From IMG/VR virus record IMGVR_UViG_3300020049_009119: DNA of 64,000 bases; one strand, given 5' to 3'. The notes beneath the pieces were generated by a model. That model saw only the letters and a program-made list of their open reading frames with translations, searched no databases and was not told the origin of the DNA. Origin of the DNA: a virus. The position numbers were made by a program, and so were the translations under genes. Shown one piece after another: positions 55,482 to 64,000 of the stretch. Every line of letters begins with the position of its first letter. Positions within the stretch are counted from its first letter, which is position 1.

Positions 55482-56476
55482 TTGGCCTCTATTTCCACCG
55501 CCACCGATTCAAGGTCATAGCCAAGACTCACTTCCTGCCCATCGCAGAAGGCAGTAAAGCCGCCGGAGCTTGATGCGGTTTCGGAATCGCAGGCGGAGTT
55601 GAGCAGGTCAGCGCAGAGCGTCCGCAGCCGTTCAATGTCCGGCACGGCCAGCTGTCCGTCAATTTGCCAGCGGTGGTTGATCAGAGTCATCACGGCGACG
55701 ACCTTGGCGAAGTTGAATTGCGCCAGGATGCGCGTGATTGCTTTTTGCTTTTCTTCGATTGTGAGTGCCATTTTTTTTCAAAATCTCCGTTTTTCGCATT
55801 TAGAGGCTCTAGGTTGATTTCACGGGTACTGCGCCCGCCACTTGCGCCGAATCTTCGCGCAGCGGCTTCGCTGGCGATTGTGCGCCCTATCCTGATTCCA
55901 TCCCCGCCACTTCCAATGACACTGCCTGACACTGCTCCACCGAATACACTGCGCCATATTGCGTCCGCTGCCCGACGATAATTCGCCACCCGCCCACAGT
56001 GCCCACGCTATTCAGCAGCCGTCCCAGCAGCGTACACCGCCCGCGCAGTGCCACCGCGCCGCCCAAATCCACACCGCACGCTTCGGCCAGTGGTAGGAGT
56101 GTGGCGCACGTCACGGGGCGGGGGTGGGTGTGGTGCCAGAGGGAGAGGAAGGTGAGGAAGGAGGTGAGTTGGGAAGAGGTCATGACGCCACCTCCGTCGC
56201 TTCAACCATTGCGGGTCTTTCGTTCGGCGAGTAGATGTGACGTAGGAAATTGCCCGTGCCTTCCGCGTCGTCAATGTAGTCACGGTTTTCGCCATCCAGT
56301 CCGACGATTCGCTCATCCCCGTGGCGGTCTACGATCACGGCAAAGCCGCACAGTGCAGAAACCCATTCGACGGTTTCATTTCCGTCAGAGTCTAATTTGC
56401 CGAATAGCGCATACCAGCCGGTTGCTGGAATTACGTGTTTGATTTTGTCGCTTGTGACCATCGTCATTACCTCCAT
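55478..56476 (-). other. Three hypothetical CDSs: 55478-55771, 55887-56183, 56180-56476
   Basis: GGAGG RBS and ATGA overlap. Confidence 0.6.
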
Positions 56477-56490
56477 TGATTGTTAGTAGA

Positions 56491-56782
56491 TGGGAACACT
56501 GGGCGCACGGTGGGAACACCTATGGGAACAGGGTTTGCCCTTTACTTCCAATAACTTAACCCTCTTTTTTACCCCTGTTCCCACTGTTCCCACCATTTTC
56601 AATAACCCATGTAAGGAAGTGCGTCGTGTTTTTTTTTGAGACGCATATTTTTTTTCTCTACATGGGGGTTGTGTTTTTGGTGGGAACAGTGGGAACAGGT
56701 ATTTTTCATATAGTTAAGTAATTGATTTAATTGATAAAAGTCTGTTCTCACTTGTGTTCCCACTGCGTACCCTTTGTTCCCA
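56491..56782. repeat. Putative replication origin with TGGGAACA iterons and AT-rich/poly-T tracts
   Basis: Nine exact TGGGAACA copies in both orientations plus one variant, directly downstream of the helicase gene. Confidence 0.8.
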
Positions 56783-56807
56783 CCATTTCAGGGATTGCTG
56801 TTAAAAT

Positions 56808-58886
56808 TTACTCAACTTCGTCAATTGCCTGCCGACGCAGGGCAATAAAGTGCGGCGACTCACTCCCGCCATCAGGTGAGCGAATTCTAAATTTCTTTGT
56901 AAATCGCTTCTGCTCGCCGCCCTTTTCAACCTCCAGCCACTTCGCCTCCCGCCACTCGCTCAAAATCCCCTCCGGGTGGAAGTCGTGCTTCTGAAGAAAA
57001 TCTTTAACAACGTGCGGATAGAAGGCGATGAATTCATAGTCCTCACCACGATCCCAGCGTCCGATCCATCCGGCGGCTGGCGCAGTGGGTACACCTCGAA
57101 TGTTTTCCTGCTCGCGGCCAATGAAGCGAAATTCATTCGCCCAGGCCCAACTCAGCAACAATCGCAGCGCCCGCTTTGCCCCGACCGGATCATCCGCCTC
57201 GCCGGAAATCTCTTTCCAAAGCTGCTTGAGCGGGTCTTCAAATGACCAGGGCAGATTTAGCGCGGTATGGACCAGCGATGCAGTTTGAGCAATCGCAGCG
57301 GCATAGATGGCCAGTCGCCCCGCCTTCGTTCCGGCGCTTTCGGTGAAGGTTTTGATTCGCGCCTGAAATTCCTTTTTCCATTCCGGCTGTTGGTCTTTAT
57401 TGAGAATCAGCCACTTTACGAACTCCGGCCCCGCGTGGCCAAAATTCGACTTCACGGCCAAATCTATATTTTGAACAATCTTTGCCGTCTCTGGCGTTTC
57501 ACCGCCAAACGGCGCGCCCTCGATTTCCAACACTCGCATGCGAGTGCCGCCATCGTTTGTAAAACTGGTAATTGGCTGTTCGCCGGACGAAATCAAGACC
57601 GTGTACCAGGTCTTCGTTGCCTGAAGTCCGCCGATTGAACCGCGCCCGCGTCCACGTCCTTCCGCCACGGAATAAATGACTTTGGCAATTTCTTCTGCCT
57701 TCTTCATCTGCTTTGTGTCATCCAAGATGAGCGGCAGGCCGGAGGCGATTGCGCTGGAGCGTTCAACGTAAACGCCGGTATTGTTCCAGGACTTGACCAC
57801 GCTGGCGGGTTTGCGTTCGTCCGGGTCGCCCCAGACCGAACCGGCGGCGCGCTGAGTTGTTGTTTTGCCAAGCGATGTCCGGGAGCAAAGATCAATGATG
57901 AAATTCGGACAGCCGAGAATTCGCAGCAGCGGCGGCACAAACGCGGCATAAACCGTACTGAGAACGCGCGGAAACGGGCGAATGCTCTGGATTGCATTGA
58001 TCCAATCCCCAAGACTGCCTTCCCGGTGATAGCCCGCAACAATCTGATCATCACCCGGCCCGGTGCCGCGAAACGTGATCATCCCGTCCGCCCAGGCCAT
58101 TGAATCAGCGCGCAACTCAACCTCCACCGATTCACCGTCTGGCTTGATGAATTCGCTGCCGATCAAAAACCCCGCTGCGCCGTTCGGCCCCTGTTCGCCC
58201 AGGTGCGTTGTCGTCCGTGCCACTGGCAATTCGGTAAAATTCTCCGCTTCCAGTTTGGCGAAGTATTCCACCTGCGCTTCACTATTCCCGGTCGTTACCG
58301 GAAAGCCCGCATTTGCCAGCCCGACCAGTTCTCGCTTGTTGGCAATCACGCCCCGGTCCACGATCTTGTGACGCCAGCCGTTGCCGCGCGACCAGGACAT
58401 GCGCACGCCTTCTGATTCCCCGTCCACGTCCTTTGTTCGTCCGGTGATGAGCAGCGCGCCGTGAGCGATTACTTCCTGGCCAAGAAAACCGGCGGCAATT
58501 GTCTGATCAGGCAGGAGCTTGTATCCAGGCGGAATGATCAAATCCCGGATTGGCGCATTCGGCAGGTAATCACACGCCAGCTTGCGCGCATCTTCGTCGC
58601 TGCCCACCAAGCGGAGCTTTGATTTGCTTTCCTTGATCGTCTTGGTAACGAGGCTTTCAACCTGAACCGTGCGCGAGCCTTTGATTGCCTTTAGAACCTT
58701 GATGGCCTCTTCGTATTCAATCCGCGCCTCTTCCCGGAGCACACACAGCGCCGCAATGATGTCATTCGCGAACGCCTGCGCCGGTTCTTCGCTCACCCGT
58801 GTATTGAGCGTCATGACCGTTGCACGCGCGGCGGCGAGCGGATCATCAGATTGAAGCGAGTTGATGAAATCGGTTTCGTTCGTCAT
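56808..58886 (-). CDS. DUF927-family replicative helicase
   Basis: SRTSLGKTT Walker A, LILDDTK Walker B, GRGRGS...TWYTVLISSGE, NFGHAG. Confidence 0.85.
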   Translation of the reverse strand: MTNETDFINSLQSDDPLAAARATVMTLNTRVSEEPAQAFANDIIAALCVLREEARIEYEEAIKVLKAIKGSRTVQVESLVTKTIKESKSKLRLVGSDEDARKLACDYLPNAPIRDLIIPPGYKLLPDQTIAAGFLGQEVIAHGALLITGRTKDVDGESEGVRMSWSRGNGWRHKIVDRGVIANKRELVGLANAGFPVTTGNSEAQVEYFAKLEAENFTELPVARTTTHLGEQGPNGAAGFLIGSEFIKPDGESVEVELRADSMAWADGMITFRGTGPGDDQIVAGYHREGSLGDWINAIQSIRPFPRVLSTVYAAFVPPLLRILGCPNFIIDLCSRTSLGKTTTQRAAGSVWGDPDERKPASVVKSWNNTGVYVERSSAIASGLPLILDDTKQMKKAEEIAKVIYSVAEGRGRGRGSIGGLQATKTWYTVLISSGEQPITSFTNDGGTRMRVLEIEGAPFGGETPETAKIVQNIDLAVKSNFGHAGPEFVKWLILNKDQQPEWKKEFQARIKTFTESAGTKAGRLAIYAAAIAQTASLVHTALNLPWSFEDPLKQLWKEISGEADDPVGAKRALRLLLSWAWANEFRFIGREQENIRGVPTAPAAGWIGRWDRGEDYEFIAFYPHVVKDFLQKHDFHPEGILSEWREAKWLEVEKGGEQKRFTKKFRIRSPDGGSESPHFIALRRQAIDEVE

Positions 58887-59839
58887 TTACCCGCCTTCAA
58901 ATAATCGTCATAGCCCTTGCCCTGCTCTGCTGGCCACGTTCTCACTTCAACCGCCAACCCCGCCGCCTTGAGCGATTCCGCCAGCCGCCGCATCTGTCCC
59001 ATTACCATCTCGTTCGTCCGCCAGTCCGCATCAAACGCAATCGCCACGCGCCGCAAATATGGGCAAATGCGCTTCAGTTGCTGCCCAAAGGAATCTGGAA
59101 ACGTGCCAACTGCGACCAGGCCAATGACAAACGTTTGCAGCTTTTCCGCAATCACCTCCGCCTTCAGCCCGCCCTCGGTAATCACCGCCGATTCGCCCTT
59201 CAGGTGCGTGAAATGCGCCGGCGCTCCACTGCTCACCCCATCAGGTAAATCCCTTGAACTCACCAGCAGATATTTTGGTTTTCCGAAATCCGCGCGAATC
59301 TGGAGCGCTTCGATCTGGCCAGTGGCGTTTCGGAGTGGGATGTAGAAACCCGCCTTGCCGGCAAAGCTCAGTACCCATCGCCCATCTTTGCGCCAAAATC
59401 CCGGCACGCCCTTTAGCTCCCAGCGTTGGGATAATTGCGCGGCAATCGCATCGCCGACCATTCGATTCGGCACAGTGCGGAATTGGGCGCGCCAGATGGC
59501 AGTGGTGGAAAGATGGCGGATGGATTCCAGGTGGTCGCGATGGCTGGCCGATAAATCGCACATCTCCAGCAGTGCGGAATAAACCGCATGGCGGCGCTCA
59601 ATGGATGCAAGCGGAATTTCGGGCGGTGTCCAAACGGCAGGACCGGCGGCGGTGGTATCGGTGTGGATGAATGCGCCGGACTTAGCTTGTTTGTCAGATT
59701 GCACGCGCCAGCAAAGCGTAATGCCTTCGGCTTGGCCGCAGCCCTGCCCTTGGCAAATCGGGCATTTGCGGGCGTGGTTCGACCGACGCAAGCGGGCGCG
59801 GATGTGCCCGTGATTACTACTTGGAAATGCGATTGTCAT
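58883..59839 (-). CDS. DNA primase (Zn finger + Toprim, DUF3854-like)
   Basis: CPICQGQGC; ITEGGLKA; IAFDAD; GKGYDDYL. Confidence 0.85.
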   Translation of the reverse strand: MTIAFPSSNHGHIRARLRRSNHARKCPICQGQGCGQAEGITLCWRVQSDKQAKSGAFIHTDTTAAGPAVWTPPEIPLASIERRHAVYSALLEMCDLSASHRDHLESIRHLSTTAIWRAQFRTVPNRMVGDAIAAQLSQRWELKGVPGFWRKDGRWVLSFAGKAGFYIPLRNATGQIEALQIRADFGKPKYLLVSSRDLPDGVSSGAPAHFTHLKGESAVITEGGLKAEVIAEKLQTFVIGLVAVGTFPDSFGQQLKRICPYLRRVAIAFDADWRTNEMVMGQMRRLAESLKAAGLAVEVRTWPAEQGKGYDDYLKAGK

Positions 59840-59989
59840 ATTGGTGCCATCGCGGCAGGTTCGCTGCCGAGTACTACTAATCAATTATTGCTTCGCTAAT
59901 ATCTTACTATAGACCATTTCTATTTACTAGAGACTATTTCATTTCTCGCGTCCTTGTTCTATAATTGAATAGGGCGCTATATTGCTTTA

Positions 59990-60184
59990 ATGAAGAGAGA
60001 GACAAAGATGATTTCACCGAAAGAATTTGCTGAACTGCGCGGCCTGGCCTATTCAACCGTGATGAGTTGGATTCGTGACGGACTACTGCCCGGTGTCGTA
60101 AAACACACGAAGCCGCTCCTCTGGTATGAGGTCCCAGTGGATGCGGCATTGCCCATGACAAGGGCGGCGCGGAAGAAAAAATAA
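59990..60184 (+). CDS. Small HTH DNA-binding protein divergent from primase
   Basis: SPKEFAELRGLAYSTVMSWIRDGLLPG; AT-rich divergent intergenic region 59840-59990. Confidence 0.75.
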   Translation: MKRETKMISPKEFAELRGLAYSTVMSWIRDGLLPGVVKHTKPLLWYEVPVDAALPMTRAARKKK

Positions 60185-60619
60185 TCACCCCATCCTCCCC
60201 TCTTCCCACTCCCCCACCGCCTCTTTCGCGCTCCGAAACATCCCCACCGCCAGCGATGGCGCAATTGCCGTCCCGCCGCCAACATTGGCCAGATCATCCG
60301 TGAAGCAATTGGCAAATGGTCGGAGAGCGGCGGCAAGTTTCGCGCCAATTTCCACACGGGACTGGAGCCGATCAATGGCCGCATTTTGCGCGGCGATTGT
60401 TGCTTTTAGATTCGCCGCCGTGGCGGAGGCCAGGGCGCGGACGATCTTTTGCATATCCTCCCGCAGCAGGCGTTCCGCGTGGCGCGGATCAACGCAGAGT
60501 GGGTTGATGTCGAGATTGGCGATTGCAGCGAGAGCAATGTCCAGCGGCGTGGAATGGGGAGTGCGGGAGTCGCCTTCGTATTGGTCGGTGCGGGGGCGGG
60601 AATCGTGTTCGGTGAGCAT
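60185..60619 (-). CDS. Hypothetical protein
   Basis: GGAGG RBS. Confidence 0.55.
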   Translation of the reverse strand: MLTEHDSRPRTDQYEGDSRTPHSTPLDIALAAIANLDINPLCVDPRHAERLLREDMQKIVRALASATAANLKATIAAQNAAIDRLQSRVEIGAKLAAALRPFANCFTDDLANVGGGTAIAPSLAVGMFRSAKEAVGEWEEGRMG

Positions 60620-60621
60620 GG

Positions 60622-61101
60622 TTATGCGGCCTCCGTTGCCGGTTCGGGCGTTGAGTTGAAAGATTCAATCAGTTGGCTAAGTTTGCTTTTGCTGGGTGGG
60701 AGGTCGTCGCAGGCCTCGAAATACCAAGCCAGAACCATGAATATGAAATAAAATTGGTTGCTGATGATGGCGCGCGGAAGAGCAATCAGCCCGACGAAGA
60801 AAATCACAATGCGAAAGGCGGCAAAGACTGGCAACTTGAGCACGTTGGCCGTCGCCTCGTTGCCTTCCAATGAGTCTTTTTTGCTGGCATCGTGATAGCC
60901 CTTGATAAACCAGATGATATTGAGCGCGATGATAATTCTGACGCCCCAGTCCGATTCCATTGCTTCCTTGATGGCATAAAGAACAGCCATCAGGAACGCG
61001 AATTGAGTCCAGTGGGCCGAAGTGATGCCAGCCACTCGCTGCGTCCAGTGACTGAATCGCTCGAATTTATCGAGAATGAATTGATCGAGTTTTTGTAGCA
61101 T
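60622..61101 (-). CDS. Multi-pass membrane protein
   Basis: Three to four hydrophobic segments; WYFEACDDLPPSKSK. Confidence 0.65.
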   Translation of the reverse strand: MLQKLDQFILDKFERFSHWTQRVAGITSAHWTQFAFLMAVLYAIKEAMESDWGVRIIIALNIIWFIKGYHDASKKDSLEGNEATANVLKLPVFAAFRIVIFFVGLIALPRAIISNQFYFIFMVLAWYFEACDDLPPSKSKLSQLIESFNSTPEPATEAA

Positions 61102-64000
61102 TTATACCGCCACTCCTTTCGCCTTCTTCTTGCTGTTAAACCTCTCATTGATCAGCACGCTGGCCTCGCCCGCACTGATCCCCTCAGCAAACCGAATCCG
61201 CATCCGCGTCATCAGCGCAATTTGTTTCTCACTGGCGGGCTTCCCTTCCCAGGCTTTGCCGAATAAAAGCGACTTGGCGAATGCTTCCGCCGCCGCCCTG
61301 CATTCCCCTTCCGTCGCACAAATCGCCCGAAAACTCTGCCCATCCGTGGCAATCCAGTTGTCGTCGGCCATGGGGCGGACGGTGATGGTGTGGTTGCGGA
61401 TGGTGAGAGTGGAGCGGGAGTTGGTGGAGGATTGCCAATGGAACGCGGGAGGGGCTTTCTTCGCGGGTTGCGGCAATTCCACCCCGCTGATCAAACTCAC
61501 CCTTCTCGCCTCAAACTCCGCCTCAATCCGCTCCCGCTCTTCCTGCTCAGCCGCCGCAGCCGCGCGTTCGCGCTCGCCAGCCGCAGTCAGATCAAGCAAT
61601 CCTTCGCGTTCCCGGAGTGGCTTTTCCTTGCCAGCCAATGACGCCAGGTTGACGAGCTTGTGGCGCTTCGTCACGCCCACCAAATCCATCACCAGGAAGT
61701 TTGGCTTGCTACTGGCGGCGATGGCGGCAAGGCGTTCTTCCGCTGTTTCCAGCCCTTCGATAACCCCATCCAGCACTCGCGTTCCACGTCCCAGGGTTTG
61801 CAGGTAGCGGCTTTTACTGGCCGTGAGCGTTCCAATCAGCAGGCACTCAGTGGTCGGCGAATTCCAGCCGGTATTGAGACACGCAACGTTCACCAGCACC
61901 TGCAATTGACCAGATTCATAATCCAGCAACTTCTTCCGCCGCTCGCCCTTGTCGGTCTTCCCGTCAATCGCCGCTGCGCGAATGCCGCCCGCGCGCAGAT
62001 GGTCGGCAAGCTCCTTTGCCATCTCCACACGCGGCACAAACATGGCAGTCTTCAAATGTCCGGCGTGCGTGCGCCATTGCTCGGTAATGGCCTCTTTCCA
62101 GTTGTCGGCACGGCGAATGAATTCAGCCACTTCGTTCTGATCGAGGTCGCCGCCGCGAGAATGAATATTTGTGAAGTCTGCGCCCTTCAATGAGAACTGG
62201 AGCGAAACCGGCTCACATAGCCAGCCCTCGCGAATACCGTCAATAAGGCTCATTTGGGCATCGGGCAGAAGTTCGTCAAACACTTCATCGAGGCCGCGAT
62301 TGTCCAATCTGAACGGAGTTGCACTGAGGCCCACGATGAGCGCATCGGGGCTTGCAACGTGATCAATAACCGCCTTGAACGCATCAAGGTTGAGGTGGCA
62401 GTTATGGACTAAGATTCCATTGGCAAAGTAGTTGTGGTGTTCTTCAACTCCGAAATTGTAGACATGACCATCTGGACACACTTGCTCAAATCGTCCGTCA
62501 CTTCCTGGTTCCAGAATCTCAATACTTTCCACCCTAACGCATTCAAGATTTCCGTTTTCCGGCGATCCAGAAACTTCCATTTCTTCAGCTTGTGCGTCTG
62601 GCCGTCTACTTCGATAGCAAGCTTCAATTCCTCGTTTCCAATATCCACCTTGTAGCAGTGAGGAAGGGACGGGAAGCGCCCCTTCACTGGCGCGGTGACA
62701 ATCACTGTTTCCATTGGCCAGCCAAGCGCTTCGGCTAGCGCTATCTGCTGTGGAGTAGGCTGGCCATTGCCGCCGCGTCCCAGAAACGTGCGCCCTTTCA
62801 TCGCTTTCACCATCTTGTCTATATTGGCAGGGTCGCGCATTGGATTGTTGGTAAGCATATTTTGCCGCCAGCGGTTGGATGTCCAGACCGCTTTGCACTT
62901 GTCCGAGCAATAAACGCGGCCCTTGCGAGCCTGCTGAAGCAATTTCGAGCCAGTCCCTGTCACCAAGGTTTCGCATACAACGCAATTCTGCGAAACCACT
63001 TTTTGCCGCTTCGATAAGAAGCTGATTCGGCTGCACTGTTTCGAGCAGAGTGGAGTCATTATCGAGTTCCATGTTTTCGGAGTAAAAGTACTGCCGCAGA
63101 TGGCGCAGATTTTCGGCTTGATTGGGTAAGCCTTCTGCTTCACTTGACTGGCTGAAAACGTGGTCTCCATGTCGAAGAGTGATGGCTGGAACATACTCAG
63201 ATACTGCCTTTGAATATATGGGATGATTTGGCGTGCAAACGATTCGCTTGCCAGTCGCTAAAACGATTTCGACTAATATTGACGCAGGTTTCCGCATTGT
63301 CTCAGTAACCTTGCGTCTTGTTATTTGATGCTTGGAGTGGCTGTAACAGTTGACCCAATCGCCAACTTTAATCTGCTCTATCGGCCTGCCATCAATGAGC
63401 GTCCCGGCTGGGAAGCATTCGTCCACGATCACCGTCTGAAACGATCCCGGCGCAAACATCGCCAGCCGGTTCTTCTTTCGGATCGTATGAAGGCTGGCAA
63501 TGACGATCCGTGCATTTTTCTGATTCAGCGACGCCTTCACAATGCCAACCGGAATGCCGGGATTTTCCGCCTGCACCGCCTTGGCGTTTTGAAAGACCAC
63601 TTCATCAATCGGCGCGAGGAAGAGCGCGCGGCCAAGATGTGTGCGGCGCTTGATTAGATTGGCCGCGAGGTAGGTTTTGCCCAGCCCGGTTGCCTGCTCA
63701 ACTATTGGCCGTTTCACGCCGCGCGCGGATGCGGCTTCGATGGCATCCAGGGCCTTGAGTTGGTACGGGCGGGGCGTTTTTGCCGCTGGTGCGACATTGG
63801 CCCTGAAGTCCTGTAGGCGATTCCCTTTCGCCCCATTACATCCCGCACAAAGCAATTGCAGATTCCACAATTCGCTCGCCCCGCCCTGCGCAACCGGCGC
63901 AATATGATCAATCTGCATCTTCCCCATTGCGCCGCATCGGGCGCACCGCTCACCGAACTGCGTCACCAAGGCTCCGTAGAAAAAGCCGTAGTTGTCGGCC
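61102..64000 (-). CDS. HNH-fused superfamily 2 (DExH) helicase containing an intein; 5' end beyond the window
   Basis: Frame open to window edge; HNH (CARC...IDHI...LCAGCN); QATGLGKT; DE-intein-CH; GLSATPFRLD; LNTGWN; YLQTLGRGTR. Confidence 0.9.
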   Translation of the reverse strand, partial: ADNYGFFYGALVTQFGERCARCGAMGKMQIDHIAPVAQGGASELWNLQLLCAGCNGAKGNRLQDFRANVAPAAKTPRPYQLKALDAIEAASARGVKRPIVEQATGLGKTYLAANLIKRRTHLGRALFLAPIDEVVFQNAKAVQAENPGIPVGIVKASLNQKNARIVIASLHTIRKKNRLAMFAPGSFQTVIVDECFPAGTLIDGRPIEQIKVGDWVNCYSHSKHQITRRKVTETMRKPASILVEIVLATGKRIVCTPNHPIYSKAVSEYVPAITLRHGDHVFSQSSEAEGLPNQAENLRHLRQYFYSENMELDNDSTLLETVQPNQLLIEAAKSGFAELRCMRNLGDRDWLEIASAGSQGPRLLLGQVQSGLDIQPLAAKYAYQQSNARPCQYRQDGESDERAHVSGTRRQWPAYSTADSASRSAWLANGNSDCHRASEGALPVPSSLLQGGYWKRGIEACYRSRRPDAQAEEMEVSGSPENGNLECVRVESIEILEPGSDGRFEQVCPDGHVYNFGVEEHHNYFANGILVHNCHLNLDAFKAVIDHVASPDALIVGLSATPFRLDNRGLDEVFDELLPDAQMSLIDGIREGWLCEPVSLQFSLKGADFTNIHSRGGDLDQNEVAEFIRRADNWKEAITEQWRTHAGHLKTAMFVPRVEMAKELADHLRAGGIRAAAIDGKTDKGERRKKLLDYESGQLQVLVNVACLNTGWNSPTTECLLIGTLTASKSRYLQTLGRGTRVLDGVIEGLETAEERLAAIAASSKPNFLVMDLVGVTKRHKLVNLASLAGKEKPLREREGLLDLTAAGERERAAAAAEQEERERIEAEFEARRVSLISGVELPQPAKKAPPAFHWQSSTNSRSTLTIRNHTITVRPMADDNWIATDGQSFRAICATEGECRAAAEAFAKSLLFGKAWEGKPASEKQIALMTRMRIRFAEGISAGEASVLINERFNSKKKAKGVAV
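62401..63417 (-). mobile_element. Intein (339 aa) inserted in the helicase DExH motif
   Basis: Block A CFPAGTLI, block B CTPNHPIY, blocks F/G VYNFGVEEHHNYFANGILVHN followed by Cys+1. Confidence 0.93.
62409..63194 (-). CDS. Zinc-finger + Vsr/DUF559-like endonuclease overprinted in +1 frame inside the intein
   Basis: CAIC..CSKQC and CVVC..YCSDKC; YKVDIG...LAIEVDGQTH...D..K..IL..LGWKVLRFWNQEV. Confidence 0.88.
   Translation of the reverse strand: MFQPSLFDMETTFSASQVKQKAYPIKPKICAICGSTFTPKTWNSIMTPLCSKQCSRISFLSKRQKVVSQNCVVCETLVTGTGSKLLQQARKGRVYCSDKCKAVWTSNRWRQNMLTNNPMRDPANIDKMVKAMKGRTFLGRGGNGQPTPQQIALAEALGWPMETVIVTAPVKGRFPSLPHCYKVDIGNEELKLAIEVDGQTHKLKKWKFLDRRKTEILNALGWKVLRFWNQEVTDDLSKCVQMVMSTISELKNTTTTLPMES

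Larger units (their letters stand above)
1..64000. mobile_element. Temperate tailed phage (siphovirus-like, HK97-type head), probable Acidobacteriota host; near-complete genome
   Basis: Terminase, portal, protease, HK97-type capsid, tail tube, tape measure, integrase, cI/cro and primase-helicase all present; no sheath gene; no host genes; TIGR03437-like domain at 51493-52584. Confidence 0.93.

Overview
This window is most of a temperate, HK97-fold, long non-contractile-tailed (siphovirus-like) phage genome. No host chromosomal genes are visible. The integrase has phage genes on both sides, which suggests the excised or virion form. Both window ends lie in leftward early/replication genes, so only a short segment may be missing (inference). 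Modules left to right: recombination genes and early operon (62-5595), cro/cI switch, integrase, an SNF2-helicase + IbrA(PAPS-reductase-like) + IbrB(ParB-like) operon, a small membrane module, about 7 kb of small early ORFs with a second Xer-like recombinase, the tail/head/packaging operon on the minus strand (22971-47191), an atypical pre-terminase region rich in exported proteins with no recognisable endolysin (47188-53361), and a primase + DUF927 helicase replication module with an iteron origin. A protein carrying the Solibacter-type C-terminal domain (TIGR03437-like) points to an Acidobacteriota host. Top finding: the SF2 helicase at the right end is interrupted in its DExH motif by an unbroken 339-aa intein whose central in-frame segment has no recognisable nuclease. 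A complete zinc-finger + Vsr/DUF559 endonuclease (261 aa) is overprinted in the +1 frame on the same strand, fully nested in the intein, so this looks like an intein with a dual-coded homing endonuclease. Second theme: several late proteins, including two with tail-protein domains, carry Sec signal peptides, mostly followed by Gln. All family names come from reading motifs by eye, not from database searches.
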